In this document: positions 47,494 to 56,618 of the stretch, in pieces
How the letters are laid out: each line of letters begins with the position of its first letter
How positions within the stretch are numbered: the first letter of the stretch is position 1
IMG/VR virus record: IMGVR_UViG_3300045988_052641
Location: 1-64,000 of that record
DNA: 64,000 bases
Origin: a virus
Direction: 5' to 3' (one strand)
Position numbers and translations under genes: made by a program
Notes under the pieces: generated by a model
Seen by the model: only the letters and a program-made list of their open reading frames with translations
Told to the model about the DNA's origin: nothing
Database searches by the model: none

Positions 47494-48129
47494 TTAATTG
47501 CCTATTAGGGTCAATATAATAATTACCATTCGCATATTTACATTGGCTCCTCTAAATCCCCACGTGTCCGCATGTCTTTCATTAGGTTGGGAGCTGTACA
47601 CTTGAGACTCTAATGGTGTAGAGGATTCATAATCCACTCTGTTATTAATACCAGGATTGGCCTTTAATATCTGCGGATTATTATCTCCAACCATGTGTCC
47701 AATACCTTCATGCCAAGACACATCGCTAAATCTTCCAGAGAATGGGAATGAAGGAGCATTGTATGTGTATTGCAATGCTGCTCCCTTATTTTGTCTCATA
47801 GCTACTTGGGCAGCTTGAGTCACATTACCAACCTTCCCTTTATATACATTTGGATTAGAATAGAACTTAGAAGGTTCTACATATTCTGCCCTGTTAATTT
47901 GGTCAGTAATGTTAGCAAGGTTAGATTCATTAACTTGAGATTGATACTTAGGCTGTTTAGCACGTTCTTTATACCATTCTATAGCAAAGTCTTTCATCCC
48001 TCTAGTTTGGGCTTGATATCTCTGGTCCTCTGGCAATTTATAATTCTCTTTAGGATTAGGTCTTGCTACAGCTCCCTGTTGTGCCCTAATAATCCCTCTT
48101 CCTTTAGTTGAGATTCTCATAATATCCAT
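47494..48129 (-). CDS. hypothetical protein
   Basis: 211 aa ORF. Confidence 0.5.
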   Translation of the reverse strand: MDIMRISTKGRGIIRAQQGAVARPNPKENYKLPEDQRYQAQTRGMKDFAIEWYKERAKQPKYQSQVNESNLANITDQINRAEYVEPSKFYSNPNVYKGKVGNVTQAAQVAMRQNKGAALQYTYNAPSFPFSGRFSDVSWHEGIGHMVGDNNPQILKANPGINNRVDYESSTPLESQVYSSQPNERHADTWGFRGANVNMRMVIIILTLIGN

Positions 48130-48497
48130 TTAAGCCAACCGTAGCTGAAAGTCTTCCTCTTATATTCTGGATGTTCAGCCGCGTATCTAGCTTCTCTTTC
48201 AAATGATATATTTCTATATGCTGTATGACCATTCTTATCAATGAATAGTCGTACAAACCACTCCAAAGCATACCATAAATAGAAGAATACTATTCCCATT
48301 TCTAATATCTGTTTCGTGTGAGTCTTCTCATGTGTAACTGTAGCTTGACTCATTCTCTTTATATAATCCTCACTTCTAGTAAACATAATAGCACAAATAT
48401 TCATAAATGAATATCCTTTTACCGGAAGTAACGGATTGATAAAGAATAGCAATCCTTTAGATTTGTCGTACTTAAATTTCATAGTTAATGCTTCCAT
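48117..48497 (-). CDS. small membrane protein with HExxH motif (putative Zn-metallopeptidase-like)
   Basis: VTHEKTHTKQ followed by hydrophobic helix; 126 aa. Confidence 0.35.
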   Translation of the reverse strand: MEALTMKFKYDKSKGLLFFINPLLPVKGYSFMNICAIMFTRSEDYIKRMSQATVTHEKTHTKQILEMGIVFFYLWYALEWFVRLFIDKNGHTAYRNISFEREARYAAEHPEYKRKTFSYGWLKWIL

Positions 48498-48784
48498 TTA
48501 GCGGCATTTCTAGCGAAATTAGCTCTCTTCTTCTGTAACGGAGTCGCATTAGGATTGTTAAGTACAGACCTAGCATGTTCTTGAACACTCTGTCCAGCTT
48601 TCTTAGCTGATGCCGTAAATTTGCCGCGATTCTTCTTCTTAATATGAATCTTGCTTCCATTTTTATCTTTCCTTACTAACTTACTACCACATCTAAACAT
48701 GGGAACCTCTTCTAGGTCCGCATCATCGAGTAACTCTTTCAGAGCCTCATTAATTCTTGATAATTCCTCTGCGTTAAATTCCAT
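48485..48784 (-). CDS. hypothetical basic protein
   Basis: 99 aa ORF. Confidence 0.45.
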   Translation of the reverse strand: MEFNAEELSRINEALKELLDDADLEEVPMFRCGSKLVRKDKNGSKIHIKKKNRGKFTASAKKAGQSVQEHARSVLNNPNATPLQKKRANFARNAAKWKH

Positions 48785-48945
48785 AATTAAATTACATGTT
48801 AAATCACTTTTTTATTCACAAAGGTATTGCTAAATTTGCACATTATCAAACAAATCAGATGAATTAATGATTTAAGGTGTCAATGTAAATAAGTAATAAA
48901 GAAACTAAACTATTATTAATCTCTAACCTTTAAATCAGTAGATTA

Positions 48946-49704
48946 ATGTTATTGGGCAAACTAAAAGAGGTGTACAGGTGGATTGACAGTTGGAGTTCTG
49001 GTGTTAAGACGATAGTCATTATAATGCTTGCATTCTTGATGGTAGAGCTTCATTTCTCTTCACACACTAAAGCTATTTTAGAAGATTATAGACAGGCAGC
49101 TGTTACGGAGAAGGTATTAGCTGAGAAATATACAGAGATGATTACTCCACAAGTTAACGGGCATATAGAGCATATTCTTATGGAAGATAAGGATGCGTCG
49201 AATGTCTTGTTATTGAATTACCATAATACCTTACAAAGTACACATGGTTTATCATATCGCTATTTAACAGCTCTTACAGAGAAGAGAAGAGGGTATGAAA
49301 CTAAGGCAACTATTAAGATATGGAAAGAGTTGGAGTATATTAACTACGGTGATGAGCTTGAAAGGATTAATGACAATCAATTCATCAGAATGGATACTAT
49401 TGAGAACTATCGTAGAACGTTCCCTAATTTAGTAGCTTTATTAGAGGACTCTGGGGCAAAATCTGCTGCGATGTACCCGATAGTAGGTATTGATGGACCA
49501 ATAGGGTTAGTAGTAATTATCTATCCTAACGACAAGGAATATTATTTAGGATACTACAACTCTGTTATTGCTCCATGCATTCAGCCTTTATCCACATTAC
49601 TAGATTATAACTCAATTAGGAAGAAATTTAAAATGGATTATGAAAATAGACAAAAGGAACAAGGAAATATGTTACAACGATTCTTCCCATATGTATTGGA
49701 GTGA
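48946..49704 (+). CDS. hypothetical membrane-anchored protein
   Basis: 252 aa, N-terminal TM helix. Confidence 0.5.
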   Translation: MLLGKLKEVYRWIDSWSSGVKTIVIIMLAFLMVELHFSSHTKAILEDYRQAAVTEKVLAEKYTEMITPQVNGHIEHILMEDKDASNVLLLNYHNTLQSTHGLSYRYLTALTEKRRGYETKATIKIWKELEYINYGDELERINDNQFIRMDTIENYRRTFPNLVALLEDSGAKSAAMYPIVGIDGPIGLVVIIYPNDKEYYLGYYNSVIAPCIQPLSTLLDYNSIRKKFKMDYENRQKEQGNMLQRFFPYVLE

Positions 49705-50563
49705 AATTGACAATACTATATACACTTCAGTAACAACAATGATACATGAGTTCTGTCAAAAGTTCGACAGTGATTTCTGGTCGCAGTACAAAGCATTACA
49801 GAAGCTATTAAGTGCTGAACAGTTTGCCATGGAGAAGAAGAGACTATTAGAAACTAAACGTTTTGATAAGAAGTACTTCTTAGACATGTATGATTTAAAT
49901 GAGACGGAGTTTAATTCTGCACAACAGGATATACTGGATGAGTGGTCTAAAACTAATGCCGATTCCAAGGAAAGAGGTACAAAGATTCATAGTGATTTGG
50001 AACATCAATACTTAGGTAAGAGTTCATGCCAAATGAGAAGTTACGGTTTAGGCGGAACTTTTGAAGTTAATACTAATGAATCTTTAGAGAAGAATAACTT
50101 AGACCTACTAAGCATAGAAAGAGGAGTCTTCCCTGAATATATGATATATAGAAGGTCGGACGACAATAAGTTTAGGTTGGCAGGTCAAATTGACTTACTT
50201 ATTAAGGACGGAAATGACATTTACATTGTTGACTACAAGACTAATAAAAGTATTGACGAGAAATCTTACTTTGATACCAGGACTAAGAAGAGTCAAATGA
50301 TGAAGTATCCTATGAATAACTTAATGGACTGTAATAAAGTACATTATACTTTACAACTATCTACCTATGCATGGATGCTTCAGAAATTAAATCCTGATTT
50401 TGTTATTAAGAAGCTATTGCTTATACATTATGACCATAATGGTAACGTTACAGAACATGAGTTAGATTATCTTAAAGATGATGTGGAACGTATGTGTAAG
50501 CATTGGAAGAAGCAGTGTATACTTGAGGAAATCAAGGAGAAGAGAAAGCCTATAGAGTTCTAA
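49640..50563 (+). CDS. PD-(D/E)XK family nuclease (RecB/Cas4-like exonuclease fold)
   Basis: GQIDLLIKDGNDIYIVDYKTN matches D...(I/V)DYK catalytic motif; 307 aa. Confidence 0.55.
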   Translation: MKIDKRNKEICYNDSSHMYWSEIDNTIYTSVTTMIHEFCQKFDSDFWSQYKALQKLLSAEQFAMEKKRLLETKRFDKKYFLDMYDLNETEFNSAQQDILDEWSKTNADSKERGTKIHSDLEHQYLGKSSCQMRSYGLGGTFEVNTNESLEKNNLDLLSIERGVFPEYMIYRRSDDNKFRLAGQIDLLIKDGNDIYIVDYKTNKSIDEKSYFDTRTKKSQMMKYPMNNLMDCNKVHYTLQLSTYAWMLQKLNPDFVIKKLLLIHYDHNGNVTEHELDYLKDDVERMCKHWKKQCILEEIKEKRKPIEF

Positions 50564-50649
50564 TGAGCTAGTTCATAATCATAGAGTATCTTTCAAACTG
50601 GGATTTGAGATATTAAAAGTAAAGTATAATTAAAGCTCATTAGAAATCT

Positions 50650-50919
50650 ATGGGAATTACTAATATTGTAAATGGACACTTAAATGAGTTACTAGGTAAT
50701 AACGAAGAAATGGCTAGGGCTCGTATTAGAATATGTAAGAAGTGTCCTATTATGAAGGATTCATTTATAGGGTATGTATGCAGTAGTAAACTGTGGCTAA
50801 ACCCTAAAACAGGAGATATATCAACAGAACGTAAAGATGGTTATAAACGTGGATGCGGGTGTAGACTTAATGCTAAAGTTAGAGATATTAAGTCTTCATG
50901 TCCAGCATGTAAATGGTAA
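50650..50919 (+). CDS. Cys-rich zinc-binding small protein (CKKC, CGC, CPAC)
   Basis: 89 aa ORF. Confidence 0.45.
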   Translation: MGITNIVNGHLNELLGNNEEMARARIRICKKCPIMKDSFIGYVCSSKLWLNPKTGDISTERKDGYKRGCGCRLNAKVRDIKSSCPACKW

Positions 50920-50931
50920 ATGATTTAAATT

Positions 50932-51483
50932 ATGAGTAATAACGGAACAATGGATGTAATGTTTGGGGGTAAAGGATTAAGCTTTGCCGGTGCAGATGGA
51001 TTTAAAGATTTAAAGAAAGAAGCTGCTGTGGAAGCACATAATAAAGCAGTAGATACTTACACTAAAGCACTTAATAAGAACATTAAAGATGAATTGGAGA
51101 AAGCGGAGGAAGTAACAGAGAAGATGAATAGTATGGAAATTATGCCTATTAATTCATACGTATTAGTTAGACCTTATGCTAAGAATCCGTATCAAAAGAT
51201 AGAAGTGACTAAAGGCGGACTTATTATACCAGAATATGACGGAGCATTTAAGAATCCAGACACCGGAGAGAAAGATACAGAGTATCAACTTTCAGTTGTA
51301 GCTAATGTTATAGAAGTAAGTCCTTTGTGTAAGTTTATTAAACCGGGAGACGATATATATTATAGACGTTCTTCTGGAGTACCTGTTCCGTTCTTCAGAC
51401 AAGGATTTGAAGTTGTAGCTGAACAGCAAGTACAAGTGGTTATTAATGAAGGTTTAAAAGAACGATTTAAGAATATAGAATAA
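50932..51483 (+). CDS. GroES-like co-chaperonin (Cpn10/T4 gp31-like) with N-terminal extension
   Basis: IMPINSYVLVRP...GGLIIPE...VIEVSP...IKPGDDIYY...VVINE parallels GroES IRPLHDRVIVKR...GGIVLTG...VLAVG...VKVGDIVIF. Confidence 0.45.
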   Translation: MSNNGTMDVMFGGKGLSFAGADGFKDLKKEAAVEAHNKAVDTYTKALNKNIKDELEKAEEVTEKMNSMEIMPINSYVLVRPYAKNPYQKIEVTKGGLIIPEYDGAFKNPDTGEKDTEYQLSVVANVIEVSPLCKFIKPGDDIYYRRSSGVPVPFFRQGFEVVAEQQVQVVINEGLKERFKNIE

Positions 51484-51707
51484 TGGAAGAGAAAGTGTTT
51501 TATCAACCAGGAGATGTAGTAACATTAAGACAAGACATCCCATATAAACCTCAGATGATTGTAGTTAAGAAAGAGACGATGACGTTTAGACCATCTAAGG
51601 ATGAGAAGAAAGATGAATATTTCAAGGGTATTAGATGTAGATGGTTCTCTACAAGAGGAGAGCTACAAGAAGCTATCTTTAATACTAAAGACTTAATTAA
51701 ACTATAA
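51483..51707 (+). CDS. hypothetical protein
   Basis: 74 aa ORF. Confidence 0.45.
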   Translation: MEEKVFYQPGDVVTLRQDIPYKPQMIVVKKETMTFRPSKDEKKDEYFKGIRCRWFSTRGELQEAIFNTKDLIKL

Positions 51708-52534
51708 TGGCAACTAAGTTTCAACAAGGTGGGCAGGACGACCAAGAGTTGTTCTCTGCCTACCTTATTAAGTTATTTAAGCCTAAGTCTCAGCAGGAGT
51801 TTGAGGATACTATATCCAAACTCTCAGAGAGGGAAATTAATGAAATCTATAAACAATACAAGAGTATGGAGAATAATCAAACTATCATGGCTAAGATGGG
51901 AGCCAAAATTAACTACATTAGCAGATTGCAAGGTAAGTGTCCAGAAGGTTATGAGGTAGAGAGATTCATGGCTGGAGGATGTGTTAAATGTAGAAGGAAA
52001 GCAATGGCTGAAGGCAGTAAAGCTATGGACGTATTCAAAGATAAATGTGGAGGTAAAGCCAAGAGACGTATTAAGAAGAACGAGAATGGTGATAAAATAG
52101 CAGTTAACAAGACTGATACCGTACACACTAGCAAGGGAATATATAATGTTAGTAACAAGAAGCTCCCTTATAAGAAGATGTCCAAAGCAGATTACAAAGG
52201 ACTACCTTTAAAAGACAAAATGAAAGTTGATATGAAAGACCAGGCCAACGGCAGAGGTGCTAGCGGAGCAGGTGCAACTAGAGGTAGTAATATAGGTAAA
52301 AAGTTAAGCGGTGGCACTATTACTTCGTTCAAGTGCGGAGGAATGGCTAAGAAGAGAATTAAGAAGAATATGGGCGGAACTGTTAGCAATAAATGGAGTA
52401 TTCCTAGTAAAGCTAGCGGTGATGCTATTAAACACATTAAAGGCGGACCAGGCTCGGCAGATAGTACTAGAGAAATGAAATTTAATGGATTTCAGAAGAA
52501 AGCACTAGCTGGTAAGCCTTATAAAAGCAAATAA
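51707..52534 (+). CDS. highly basic Lys-rich protein with repeated KCGG(K/M)AK(R/K)RIKKN motif
   Basis: 275 aa, composition and internal repeat read from translation; candidate DNA-binding/internal virion protein. Confidence 0.5.
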   Translation: MATKFQQGGQDDQELFSAYLIKLFKPKSQQEFEDTISKLSEREINEIYKQYKSMENNQTIMAKMGAKINYISRLQGKCPEGYEVERFMAGGCVKCRRKAMAEGSKAMDVFKDKCGGKAKRRIKKNENGDKIAVNKTDTVHTSKGIYNVSNKKLPYKKMSKADYKGLPLKDKMKVDMKDQANGRGASGAGATRGSNIGKKLSGGTITSFKCGGMAKKRIKKNMGGTVSNKWSIPSKASGDAIKHIKGGPGSADSTREMKFNGFQKKALAGKPYKSK

Positions 52535-52536
52535 AT

Positions 52537-53112
52537 ATGAAAGTATTCCTATTTGATAATGGTACTAATTCGGTGATTGTGAATGAGCCAGAGGTTCTTC
52601 TTATTAAGGAGTTCGCAGCTCTATGGACTAATGAAAGGAATAAGACCAAAGAAGACCCTACGGGAGTTTGCAAATCAAGAGCTTATAGAGAGCTTGTTTA
52701 CATATGGCTAATGTTAGATTGGGCATCTCCATACTCTGATTATACAGAGCAAGAAAGACATCAATCATGTCTTCAGGATGCTAATTTAAGTGAAGAGGAA
52801 TGGGCAGACCCAATCTTCAGAGCCGCATGTAGGAAGTACAGAGATATTCAAAACGAATCTAGAGCACTTAAACTCATTAAGTCTGCTCAAAGTGTAGTCG
52901 ATAGAATTACTGATTACTTTGACACCATAGATTTATCCGAAAGAGACCCAGTTACTAATAGACCTGTTTGGAAAGTGGCTGATGTAATGAAAGAAATGCA
53001 ATCAGTTTCTAAGGTTATAGAAGAACTTAAAACTCTTGAGTATATGTACAAGAAAGAGCAAGAAGAAGAGACTGGTATCAGAGGTGAAGGTAAGAAAGGA
53101 CATTTAGATTAA
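52537..53112 (+). CDS. hypothetical protein (positional candidate for small terminase subunit)
   Basis: 191 aa ORF immediately upstream of terL. Confidence 0.35.
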   Translation: MKVFLFDNGTNSVIVNEPEVLLIKEFAALWTNERNKTKEDPTGVCKSRAYRELVYIWLMLDWASPYSDYTEQERHQSCLQDANLSEEEWADPIFRAACRKYRDIQNESRALKLIKSAQSVVDRITDYFDTIDLSERDPVTNRPVWKVADVMKEMQSVSKVIEELKTLEYMYKKEQEEETGIRGEGKKGHLD

Positions 53113-53114
53113 TT

Positions 53115-53702
53115 ATGGCTGGACGTGGCAGACCTAAGAAGAAAGTCGAAATTCCAGAAACAGTTCAAGAGTTAATACAGAGAGTAGAACCAGAGTTAAT
53201 AGAAGCTGTTCAGCATATAAATCCTGTCATAGAGGATAATTCAATTAAAACATCTAATGTTGAATGGGATGTATCATTAGATACTGAGATTAAGCATTTC
53301 GACCCTACTCTATCTTATGAGCTGACTGGATATCGACCAGTGGATGAAGAAAGAGGACTGGATTTTAATCCAGAGTGGTTCACTGAAGCTAGACAGATTA
53401 AACTAAGAAACGGTAAATACTGTGCTTATCCGGAGGGAACAAAGAAGTATAATGACTTTTGGGACGAAGAGGTTAGAAGATGTAATCAAGGATACGAATC
53501 ACATGGATATAGAATTACAGGTGATAATTACTTCTTCCTTAATTATTATAGGTTGAAGAATACTGATGTATCTCAAGCTGGTGCTGGTCGTGAAACTACA
53601 TTTCCTTCATTCTTTAGTAAGCAGTATGAGTACTTTCATTACATAGAAATGTGTGAGAAGTTGAAGAAGGATGTGTGCGCCCTTAAAGCTCGTGGAGTCG
53701 GT
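53115..53702 (+). CDS. terL: large terminase subunit, exon 1 (ends inside Walker A: ...CALKARGVG)
   Basis: N-terminal region aligns to T4 gp17 ...ACNLSRQLGKT block; ORF stops at TGA directly after GGT. Confidence 0.65.
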
Positions 53703-54672
53703 TGACACAATAAACTAAAGCCGACTATAAATTCCGCAAAATCGGTGAAGACTAACGTGATTAATCACTTATTAAATTTAATATTATGACTAAGAAGGAA
53801 CAATTAAAATTTATTGAGGATAACTATCCCTTATACAACAATCATATATCTAACAGAAGAATAAGACATACATTCTTCGATACAATCGAAACTGAACTAC
53901 AAGCTTATCTGCTTGGATTTTATGCCGCTGATGGCAGTATTGATGAGAAACGCAAAACCTTAAGAGTTCATTTGCAGTCTGGAGATTCTGAAATAGTGTA
54001 CTTATTTAAAGATAGTATAAGTCCAGACGCTAGAACGTTTACCGTAGCACCACATATTGTAACTGGAAGAAACGGTATGAAAGTAAATGCCCATGCATCA
54101 TTTGGAGTTGACATTACTAGTTCCAAATTATGTAATGCCTTAGTAGACTTAGGGATAGGATATAATAAAAGCGTAGCAGAACTCAAAATTCCAAGCATTC
54201 CTGAGGACCTTGTGAAACATTTCATCAGAGGTTATTTTGATGGAGATGGGTGTATTACTGGATGGTTAGCTACAGAGAAAGGTAAAGCTGACAGAGTTAG
54301 ATATAAGTTTGATATATGTAGTAAAACAATTACTATGTTGTCTGATATACAGAAGGTTCTTTCTAAGAATGATATTAATGTAAATATTAATTATCTTAAA
54401 CGTGATGATATGTATAGGATATCTACTTCATCTAAAAGCGAAGTGAGTAAACTATATCATTATCTATATAATGATGCTAATTTCTATTTATCAAGAAAGT
54501 TTAATAAGTTTAGTTACTATGTTAATACCGAGGTAAGTCAGCTCATCGCTGACCACCGTAACGCGCAGGAGGTGAACGTTAATGAGAGTAATAATCCTCC
54601 CACGAGTGCGGAACATTCTATAAAAGAATGAATATGTGCGCTGACCTTATAGGAAACTATAAGAAGTATAGG
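53703..54672 (+). mobile_element. group I intron with embedded LAGLIDADG homing endonuclease gene
   Basis: intron internal guide sequence GCCGACT (53720-53726) pairs with last 7 exon nt AGTCGGT giving the conserved U-G at the 5' splice site; three different reading frames for exon1/HE/exon2 exclude an intein; 3' boundary approximate. Confidence 0.65.
53786..54631 (+). CDS. LAGLIDADG homing endonuclease (two-motif, monomeric type)
   Basis: LLGFYAADGSI and IRGYFDGDGCI motifs. Confidence 0.8.
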   Translation: MTKKEQLKFIEDNYPLYNNHISNRRIRHTFFDTIETELQAYLLGFYAADGSIDEKRKTLRVHLQSGDSEIVYLFKDSISPDARTFTVAPHIVTGRNGMKVNAHASFGVDITSSKLCNALVDLGIGYNKSVAELKIPSIPEDLVKHFIRGYFDGDGCITGWLATEKGKADRVRYKFDICSKTITMLSDIQKVLSKNDINVNINYLKRDDMYRISTSSKSEVSKLYHYLYNDANFYLSRKFNKFSYYVNTEVSQLIADHRNAQEVNVNESNNPPTSAEHSIKE

Positions 54673-56388
54673 ATAAAAAGCCTATACGATAACAAAGTGT
54701 TTAGTGAAATTGCAGCATCTTTAGGAGTTAGGTTATATACAACTGTTAGAGGTTCACATGCAGTATATGTAGCATTTACCGAGAAATTCGTTAGTGACGT
54801 GCTTCGTAAATGCTGGGAACAGCTTGAATATTTAAATGCTGATACAGAAGGTGGTATGAGACATCTAAGACAGAAGTATAATTCTGATATGCATAAGAGA
54901 GCTTCTCTTCTTACTAAAGACAGAGAAGAATTTGGATTCATGTCAGACATTATTGGCTTCGTAGTAGATGTTCCTCGTAAGCTACGTGGAGACCGTGTGG
55001 ATAGATTGTTCTTTGAAGAATCTGGTTCTAATCCAATTCTAGTAAAGACTTACTTACAGAGTACAGCTCTTGTAGAAATTCTAGGTAATAAATTCGGAAC
55101 CAGATTTGTATGGGGAACAGGTGGAGACCAGGGACCTGCACTTGACGGACTTAGTAAGATGTTTTATAATCCAGCTGGTTATAATTTCTTACCTTATAAA
55201 CACAATCATACTAAAGACGGTTCTTACGCTTTTACTTCATTCTTCATACCTGCCTATACATTTGTAGCAGCAAATGGATATGTAGACGATAGAGGAGTTA
55301 CTAATACTGCGAAGGCTAAGAAGTTCTATTTAGACCAAAGAGAGGCTCTACTAGCTAACCCGAAGGAGCATTTAATTGCATGTGCAGAGTTCTGTTTTAC
55401 TCCTGACGATGCCTTGGCTCTAGAAGGAGATAACCAGTTTAATACTGTATTGTTAAGTGAGCAACTTGCTAATATCAAACTACATAAACTGGGACCACAT
55501 ATTGATGTAGGTCAGTTAGAGTATAATTTTACTAACAACCAGCACACAGAGGAAGCAATTGATAGTGTAAGATTTGTTAGTAACCCCAAAGGTAAAGTTA
55601 AGATACTTGAACATCCGATTAAAGGAGAGCATGGAGCTGTGCCTAGAAATTTATACGTTGCTGGTATTGACGGTATTGATATGGGTAGTGAAGACACTTC
55701 TGATAAGACTCAAGACCCTTCTGATTTCTGTGTAGTAGTTAAAAAGAGAGCTTATGGGTTAGATGAACCTAAAATAGTGTGCTATTATAGGGACAGACCT
55801 AAGACTTTACGTGAAGCACATATGACATGTCTTAAGATATTGCAGTATTACGATTGCCAAGCAGTTCTTGAATCTACTAGAATGTCTACTCTGCAATTCT
55901 TTAGAGAGAAACATAAAGAGAATAGACATTTGATGAGAAGACCTAGAGCTACTCAATCTGACATACAAGGAGGTCGTAGTAAACAATTCGGAGCTCCTGC
56001 TACTGAAGTAGTAATTAGGCATCAATTAGATTTAATAGCTCAACATATAGAAGATTATTGTCATAATATATGGTTTGAAGAAATTCTAGAAGAAGCAATT
56101 AAATACAGTTATGAGAATAAACGTAAGTTTGATATTATAGCTGCATGGGGTATGTGCGAATTAGGAGACGAGGAATTAATGGGGGTAGTTCCTAAAGAAA
56201 TGGACAGTCCTAATAACAAACTAAGACCTTTCGGTTATTGGGTTGACGAAAGAGGAATTAGACATAAAGGAGTTATTCCAGAGAAGCAACAGATAGTACC
56301 TAAGTTTAATTTATGGCCTACACAATACGATGACCCTACAAGAATTAGAAGTAGCAATCAGAGATTTATTCAAACAGATTTATCATAA
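54673..56388 (+). CDS. terL: large terminase subunit, exon 2 (resumes ~IKS of Walker A; Walker B RLFFEESG; C-terminal nuclease domain)
   Basis: VSDVLRKCWEQLEYL and PRKLRGDRVDRLFFEESG align with T4 gp17 SAEVLDRTKQAIELL and [20 protein letters not shown]; D-rich VAGIDGIDMGSEDTSD nuclease-like motif. Confidence 0.6.
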   Translation: MKSLYDNKVFSEIAASLGVRLYTTVRGSHAVYVAFTEKFVSDVLRKCWEQLEYLNADTEGGMRHLRQKYNSDMHKRASLLTKDREEFGFMSDIIGFVVDVPRKLRGDRVDRLFFEESGSNPILVKTYLQSTALVEILGNKFGTRFVWGTGGDQGPALDGLSKMFYNPAGYNFLPYKHNHTKDGSYAFTSFFIPAYTFVAANGYVDDRGVTNTAKAKKFYLDQREALLANPKEHLIACAEFCFTPDDALALEGDNQFNTVLLSEQLANIKLHKLGPHIDVGQLEYNFTNNQHTEEAIDSVRFVSNPKGKVKILEHPIKGEHGAVPRNLYVAGIDGIDMGSEDTSDKTQDPSDFCVVVKKRAYGLDEPKIVCYYRDRPKTLREAHMTCLKILQYYDCQAVLESTRMSTLQFFREKHKENRHLMRRPRATQSDIQGGRSKQFGAPATEVVIRHQLDLIAQHIEDYCHNIWFEEILEEAIKYSYENKRKFDIIAAWGMCELGDEELMGVVPKEMDSPNNKLRPFGYWVDERGIRHKGVIPEKQQIVPKFNLWPTQYDDPTRIRSSNQRFIQTDLS

Positions 56389-56618
56389 AGAATATGTGGC
56401 TAAATTAAAGCTAGAAGAGCTACAAACTGCCGAGGGGACACATAGAGGTTATAAGTTAACACTTGGCATGAATAATATAGACAAGCCACTTATTATATCG
56501 TTTGAAGGTGGTGAAGTAGCATATCTTAAATTTCTTAGACAGGAATTAAGAGATAGAAGATTAGGCGACACACATTATTTCCTAGGATATAAACAATATA
56601 ACGGATTAGAGAGTTGTA

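Noticed and set aside
53115-56388. Intein inside terL as an alternative explanation for the split
   Set aside because: Exon 1, the LAGLIDADG ORF and exon 2 are in three different reading frames, and exon 1 ends in a stop codon. In addition a clean P1 helix (AGUCGGU / GCCGACU with terminal U-G) is present. Together these point to a group I intron.
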